The position numbers and the translations under genes were made by a program. The notes under the pieces were generated by a model. The model saw only the letters and a program-made list of their open reading frames with translations. It made no database searches and was not told where the DNA came from. DNA of 64,000 bases from positions 12,036,655-12,100,654 of the forward strand of contig NC_134033.1 of NCBI RefSeq assembly GCF_964204645.1. The letters run 5' to 3'. Shown here one piece after another: positions 45,801 through 64,000 of this stretch; position 1 is the stretch's first letter; every line of letters begins with the position of its first letter. The stretch is from Tubulanus polymorphus (lineage: Eukaryota; Animalia; Nemertea).

Positions 45801-47752
45801 AGTTATTTTCACTAAGTATACAGTTCGAGCTGTATGATGCTCTTAGTGTATCGTTCATGACAATATCATTATGACATGCATCAGATATCATCGTTCAACC
45901 TGGATTCATTCTTTCAATCAGCTCCGTGTTTTTTTCGAAAGATCGTAACACGTGGTGTACTAACCGTTTAGTGTGTCGGTGGCGCCTATCCAAAAACTGT
46001 TCATATTCGACCATAAATAGTAGTTCAAAAAGAACGACTTCTCCCAATTATCGACAATGGCTAATTGAAATGGTTGATGTTTCGCATCGCCGTTGTCCAA
46101 AGCTTTACAAGCCGCCTCAGCACCTTCCCAGATAGCCTGCGGTTTCAAAGTTTTGTAGCACATGCCAGTTTGGTTGCTGTAACTCCACGTTGAGTCGACG
46201 CAAGGCGTCTCGTTTTGGCCGTACACACGAATATTACCTGAAATGGTTGAGAAGAATTCGGAATGAGTTTTTGCGAATCTAAAGTGATGAAAATGCCGAT
46301 CAAATTCAATAAAGTCATATTCAATGTGACATGCTTACTCGACGGATCCCTTTGAACGGCGGCTAAAAAAAGAAAGAAAGTAAAAAACACTTTAGTATCG
46401 TTTCTCCTCTTTGCATCAACTTTTCTGCACGAGTATTCCCAGGACCCGACGCGTGGTCACCTTACCACGGCTTTCACGAAATCCGAGTCCTGTGTTAATT
46501 TAAAATTGTCTGTTGGTTATATTTTTTTCAAATTCATACCACACCAACGTATACGATGATAGATAAATGCTGGGACTGAGTAGAGTAAAAAGGCCTTGTA
46601 GTAAACTGTGTGGAAGATGAACTGCATTTCATCCTAATGTGCAGTAAATTCAGAAATCTTAGAACGAAGTTTAATTTGGCAAATATTGGTGCAATTGATA
46701 TCGATATAATCTTGATATAGGTAGTAAATGGAAATTGATAAACATGGAGAAATATGTCAAATCGGGGTTTGAATATTATATATAATTTGATGTTTGAAAT
46801 TGTATTTGTATAGTACAGCACTTGTTTCCTGCGCATTTTCCTGTAAATGTTTGTGTAACTTTGGTATATAATGTGTAGATGTATGATATTGTTTTTCTGA
46901 TGATTCTTCGTTCATTAGCGATCATGTCATTTGATTATGATAACTAATAATACAATAATGGCTGACGTAATCATGTGACAGTTTTGCATATGTTGACTGT
47001 TTCGTTCGCCTGAGTCAATCAATTATTTATCTTTGGAAATTTCACTGCTGCTCTAGAGGAGAGATGAAACAGGCAGCGGATAGCGAGGTATAGCTTCGTT
47101 GCTAATTGCACGTTTATTATCGATCAGGAGTAAAACGGCGATATCACGTGCAAAATACCGTTAAAACATCACATTTCACGTATAACCGTATAGCTAGAAA
47201 GTATATACGCAACGGCCTTGACAAAATAAATCTCGCTACAAAAAAACCTCAAATAGTTGAACAACCCGATAATAAAAGCCTCTTCAATGGCGTCGTTAAT
47301 ATTCACTTAGTATTTCATAGTCTCGTAGTATTTCATAGCTGTTTGTGGAAAATGGGTCCAGAACGTACGGCATGATGGTTATGCATTCTTCCAGAGGACG
47401 ACAACTGTGTTTATTTATCCTTGCCCTGATTTTGACATTTTTCTATCAACAGTAAACCTCACCTAACCCGTACGAACTTAAGCAGGTCCAAGTCCGAGTT
47501 AAGGATAGGACAATACGTTAGGAAATCAGAATAATGATTAAGTTTTAGTCAAATGTTTGAGTTGGCCATATCCGAATATGGCGAGGTTTAACTGTAGCGA
47601 GACTCGTCCTGTTCGCTACAGGTTCAGTAAAAGTAATATCACGTTTAAAGCTTACCTCTAGTTTGAATGAGCATCATCATCACAGTGTAAACGGCCAGTA
47701 ACAATCTAAGCAATAGAAGCCCGTATTTCTTCACTTGTTCGAGAAGCTCCAT
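39661..47752 (-). CDS. Type-I membrane protein: signal peptide + C-type lectin domain + 4 CCP/sushi modules + TM (selectin/furrowed-like layout), about 581 aa. Exons 47752-47656, 46362-46339, 46237-45965, 45626-45414, 44985-44656, 44375-44187, 43382-43173, 42568-42380, then terminal exon A 41906-41686 or B 39881-39661
   Basis: Hydrophobic leader MELLEQVKKYGLLLLRLLLAVYTVMMMLIQTR. CTL motifs C..W...GMCYK, WEGAEAAC, FWIGATD, WKMDDC...PLCE. Four phase-1/phase-1 exons with CP..C..GY/NY..C..W..C sushi spacing. All introns are GT-AG and frame-compatible. Confidence 0.85.
40325..40401. mobile_element. Short MITE with CAGGGCCCAGTTTCACAAAAA TIR (Harbinger-like; family is a guess)
   Basis: About 21-bp perfect inverted ends; a second copy lies at 19910-20022. 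Confidence 0.7.
41686..41906 (-). CDS. Terminal TM/cytoplasmic exon A of the CTL-CCP gene
   Basis: TTTCAG acceptor, phase 1; KIKPSLVERDGQKYKPPEREADNAQYIGVVSFALCLLLLLVIILLDLPTIAKDIRRLRHNLRYIKRLAQKRAQ-stop; 221 nt. Confidence 0.8.
42617..43078. repeat. 26-bp minisatellite (GATGTTTAAAGGATGATCTCTGTCTT)n, about 17 copies
   Basis: Direct tandem periodicity in the intron between CCP3 and CCP4. Confidence 0.95.
43836..43952 (-). tRNA. tRNA-Leu(CAA) with a 33-nt intron (43914-43882)
   Basis: GTCAGAATGGCCGAGCGGTCTAAGGCGCCAGACTCAAG-[intron]-TTCTGGTCCACGAATGTGGGCGTGGGTTCGAATCCCACTTCTGACA. The acceptor stem, A and B boxes and long variable arm are intact, the intron is at the canonical 37/38 position, and a T-run terminator follows. 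Confidence 0.95.
46540..46960 (+). mobile_element. 5'-truncated non-LTR retrotransposon 3' end
   Basis: The plus frame near 46600-46670 reads CVEDELHFILMCSKFRNLR, resembling the C-terminal EDExHF.L.C motif of LINE ORF2 proteins. An AT-rich tail follows. Confidence 0.5.
47450..47594. mobile_element. Tc1/mariner/pogo-type MITE-like element
   Basis: CAGTAAACCTCACC ... GGCGAGGTTTAACTG followed by TA. Confidence 0.5.
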
Positions 47753-50700
47753 ATTTTCAATTTTTCGCGTCGTGTTTTACACAGGCTCTTAGTGATTTCT
47801 ATACCTTTGATATACGCATTTACATCTCATGTAGGCCTATATACTGTTCTTTGTAAGCAGTTCAAATCAAAAAGATCGTCGTAATACGTCAGATCGAATC
47901 TACACGTAGTTTTCTAATGATATTTGTACAAAATGCACTAATTGCCGGATTCCTGTTACGCTACGATATATCTTCCTTATTACATTTTTACGTGTATTCC
48001 TTCATTCTATAAGTAAAAACGACAAATTCGCCTTCAAATTTTAAACGCTTTGTTTGTAAACGGTGTGCGTTCTCTGGCAACCTGTCCGCTACAAACCGAT
48101 CATTTGCGCGCGATGGCGTTACCGGTAGCAGCAGGCAGCCGGGTCGAGTAGAGACGTTACGTTGCCAACGACGGGACAGCTACATACGTACGTTACGCGT
48201 TACACGTTTTATGACTTCATTTTCATCAATTTATTATTGATAGGATTTTGTTCAAACAATAACCGTTTATAGCGAAATAACTTATCGATAATTTGCTCGA
48301 GAAATTACGATACAGGTGTGGACACAGGGGAAGTGAGACTCGCACACACGTCCATCATCAATGATTCAATTGAATAAATCAATCAATCAGTTTGATATCA
48401 ACAGATATCGGGTCCCAGTCGAGGTGTCCCAGAAAATGTGCCAACTTTTCTTCATTTTTTTAAAATTGCTGATTAATTCTTCGATATATCTTAATTAATC
48501 TTTTCAATCGAATCATTTAACATAGGATGTTAACTTCATGTGTATATATTTTGGTTACCCCCTATCGCCACGGACGAGTGAAGAGAAATAAGTTGTGAGA
48601 TCTGCCAAAATCTTTATTTGACCGACTTGTATATAGAGGTCCTGCCACAAACCATGGAAGTTTGTAAATCCCGGTTCCACAGTGTTGTGAGTACGAGTCG
48701 ATTCTGTAGTCTGATTAGAACTACGGAACTGGATGTTGATGTTTATTTTTTGGTATTATGTATCATGTCTCCAGTACTGGTTGGCCAAAAAGCTATGACA
48801 TTTAGTACAGTCCCTATAGTAAACCTGTTTATCGTGAACGGCGCGGACTGTATCGGACTTTTTTTCGTCGCCCGCACCAAAGTATCGGGCGATTAGCTCA
48901 CACGCGCGTAGCCTAGCAACTGGATCACATAAATTCATCAACAACATATATCGCGTTCGTTTATATTCATAACGCAAAGGTCGTATACACAATACGGATA
49001 ATACGACGATTAGAATGCGAAGTCGATGCGTCGGTGAAAGTCACGCAGAGTCGTTGAGCGTTTTCGATCGAATCGCGGCACCGTGACTAGAAATACGGTT
49101 TTGGAATCTTTTAAAATCCGAACGTCTCTTTCGTAGTTATTAGTTATCATTTCATTTATTTGTCAATGTTTAACGAAGTAAAAACCCACACAATATCAAT
49201 GAACATAACTAAATTAGAATTTAACGTTTCGGCCCATTTTCAAAAACGGATTTATTATTGCAGTTATAACAATACAACGAGGCTCTCAAATGCCTACGCC
49301 ATTCTCGTCTGAACATTGGTAGAAAGTCGTTGTCTTCAAAAGCAAGTAACCACAGCAAGAAAAGGTTTCTTATGATACATAATAGCTAATTCAAGGATGC
49401 GGCGTTTATATATCATAGGGGGCTTTAAATTTGTGATGCGATGTTTCTACGAACACGATTCAAAGAGTTTACGAAGTGGTCGGCTACGATATAGATTGCC
49501 AATTTCAAAGTCAAATTTGCAGACAAGTTCACGCGCTCACCCATTTTAATAACTACTTTCACACGCGCCAGCACATTTATTATCTTAATTCTAATCACCA
49601 TGGGAACTGCATCCCGGTCGATGAATACACCAGTGAAATGTCCTCCTTCATCGACTTACAGCGCCATTATTTGATACCATATGTCGCTATGGTTACATGC
49701 GGGATGATGTTGATGGGACGATCAACGGGACAGCTCCGATCAACAGTTTACAGGATGTGACTAACGACTGGTTGCCGGTCTCTCAGGTGGTGCAGGATTC
49801 GACAGGCAACCAGTCCAAGGATGTGACGTGACCAAAATGTAGAGTTTGCCGATGCGACGGGACGAATATAATGCCTTATAGAGATTCTATAATTGATAAA
49901 GATTGCATCGTTCAAATCAATATCAACTTACCCGACGATGATCTCTAGGGAATTCGAAACGGATTCTATTTGGAAAATGAAGGAAAATTTGGAAAATGAC
50001 ATATTTTATGGATAGTTGAAAATCATTTGTCAAATATATCTTTCCCCGTGTCTACGACTTACACCTGAATTTCACATGCGCCATCTACGGTAAAATCCGA
50101 GCCGTAATGCACAGTCGTGCTTCGTTAAAAATGGGCTGCAATGGACTGGTCTTAAATCGTCAGATTTGCAAAACAACTAAAATTGGCTTCGACTAAGCTT
50201 AAATCTAAGCAGTGACTTAGCAAGTTCGTATTCAATCCTTTTATCAGCATGATATGTTTTTCCCGATTCAATGTTCTGAAGTTTGTCTTCTGGTCATGCA
50301 GTTTAGCATTTTAGCATGGAGTCATGATGGTTTGGTGCCGTTTGTAGTGAAGTCCCGAACACAAGTGACGTATCAAGAAAACTTATTTAAAGTGTGCCGA
50401 CAAAATATCTAATGTTTGGTGTTTGTATAGTGCATTTTGTTAGGCTTGGCTGACAATGGCGCATTATGTATTCACGCGACACGCTGGTTTTGCGCTCAAA
50501 TAAATGACATCACGACTCTTACAACATCCGCAGTAGTTGTGAGTCATTTTATGGCCACAAGCTGGGTACGAAATAAAAGATTTGTCACCGCGTGGTTTTA
50601 CTGGAATTCGGTCGTTAGTTCAGTGCTCAGAATTTCAAGTCGATATGTTCTACCTGGGCCCGATTAGGTGGTTAATCTATACGAGCAATTGATTGGAATT

Positions 50701-51264
50701 TGTGAGTCACAATCGATTAGCACAAACAACGTGGTCATCATTTTCACCGGCCTTGTCTGATTATTCGTCTGCGGCGCGATACGGGTTCGTCTACCCGCGT
50801 TCGCTAATTAGTCCTTGCGGTATTCCAACCAGTCTGCATCGACGGAAAAAAAACAAAAATGAAAAAGCAACTTTCTCGCTTGAATTACTTTGCGATAATG
50901 ACCTCATGTAGTAGGCCGAATTAATATTTGGCAAGCCGTATTTCCGGTACTACATTTTGCTAATTTCACAATAAAGTGAAAATAAATGAACCCAGCTGCA
51001 CAATAAAACGGAATAAGATAGAATGAAATGATTAATATTTCAGTAATTTTCTACCTGCTGATGATTAAATAAATTGATGACTTTTAGTCATAATAATCAA
51101 TTGTGTAATTGTTTTTTATTCGGTCAAGGAAACTCTTATCTATTAACATGATACAGTCGGCGACGAGGAGTCCAAAACGAGACCGGCGTAACAAGTCGAT
51201 TGCAGTACAATTCCCTTGATCGTTGTATGACAACTTGGGGGGGGGGGGGTCCATCCGTTATGTG

Positions 51265-51384
51265 CAGGGACGTAGCTAGAGGGGAGCAGGGGGCGGCAGT
51301 TGTCCCCTAGAAATTATGGAGAAGCGCCGTGTTTGCAAATATTATTGTTATATCCAAAAGAATAGCTCCTAAGATCCGCCCCTG
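51265..51384. mobile_element. CAGGGGCGGATCT-type short TIR element
   Basis: CAGGGACGTAGCTAG ... CTAAGATCCGCCCCTG. Related ends occur at ~36694-36708, ~43133-43147 and ~56062-56076. Confidence 0.45.
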
Positions 51385-51639
51385 CAAACGTCCCCATAGA
51401 ATTCGGTCCCGATCACCGAACCGACAGGGACTGGCGCCATGCACCCGTGAATCAGATTCTTCGCAACGTTTTTAATTTGATCAGATTTGATCCTCTGACG
51501 CATCTAATTCACACAATTAGGTAATATTTCATTTTTTCAAGTTCCAACGTGGCAGTATCGCAGAAACGTTAGGGGGTTTTCGACGTCGTCATGTTCTTTC
51601 TTTACCGCGTGAAATCATCCCAAACACGAAGAGCGAGGC

Positions 51640-51730
51640 CGGTGTGGCGCGGGGTGAGTAATGCGACGTAACCGGGCCGCGCGTAGCGCGCCGCAATATT
51701 TAACTGTTCTGTAGTGGTCGCTAGCTGCAA
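51640..51730 (+). promoter_or_regulatory. Probable MMP core promoter
   Basis: GC/CpG-rich patch with TGAGTAA and GACGTAA, followed by a TATA-like TATTTAA (~51697), about 200 bp upstream of the MMP ATG. Confidence 0.35.
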
Positions 51731-51902
51731 TTATATGTACTGAATCTCGACTCATCCATCGTTAGAAATATCTTTCGCGCGCTTGCTAATGTTACAGCTA
51801 CAGAACACATTCCAACAAACAGTACTTCAGACTAGACTGCGCTATATTCTATATACTACATTCACTCACTGTATCCACTAGCTAGGACTCAAAAACGACG
51901 TC

Positions 51903-63865
<11,963 letters not shown>

Positions 63866-64000
63866 TAAATTTTTGGGAATATTCGTCTTTGAATTAACGG
63901 ACTTGAGTTGAGTACCCTGAATTTTTATGCGTGTGTAAAAAAGTAGCCACACTGATAAGTGATATCTAAAAACAACGATTGCTGTATCCAACTTTGTATT

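Noticed and set aside
47800-51600. Short ORFs in the lectin-MMP intergenic region
   Set aside because: They have no recognisable domains or consistent splice structure, so the region is treated as divergent regulatory DNA.

Overview
AT-rich, intron-rich animal genomic DNA, probably a marine invertebrate (lophotrochozoan-like; the taxon is an inference). Reading splice sites and translating by hand supports seven protein-coding loci: (1) the first coding exon of CASK on the minus strand, whose long intron fills 1-16650; (2) an intronless rhodopsin-class GPCR, preceded by a decayed partial copy; (3) SF3B5; (4) LAMTOR4, head-to-head with (5) a complete 15-exon ATG16L1; (6) a minus-strand C-type lectin + 4 CCP/sushi type-I membrane protein with two paralogous 221-nt terminal TM/tail exons, hosting an intron-containing tRNA-Leu(CAA); and (7) the 5' part of a matrix metalloproteinase that runs off the window. 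Introns contain MITE families, SINE and LINE remnants and several minisatellites. The most unusual observations are the duplicated alternative membrane-anchor exons, a mucin-like insert inside a CCP module, a 22-bp tandem repeat that multiplies an MMP splice acceptor five times, and two inverted 45-bp arrays in the first coding introns of the divergent CASK and ATG16L1 genes. I see no evidence of a prokaryotic-type system such as CRISPR or a defence operon. Coordinates were counted by hand and no database searches were run.
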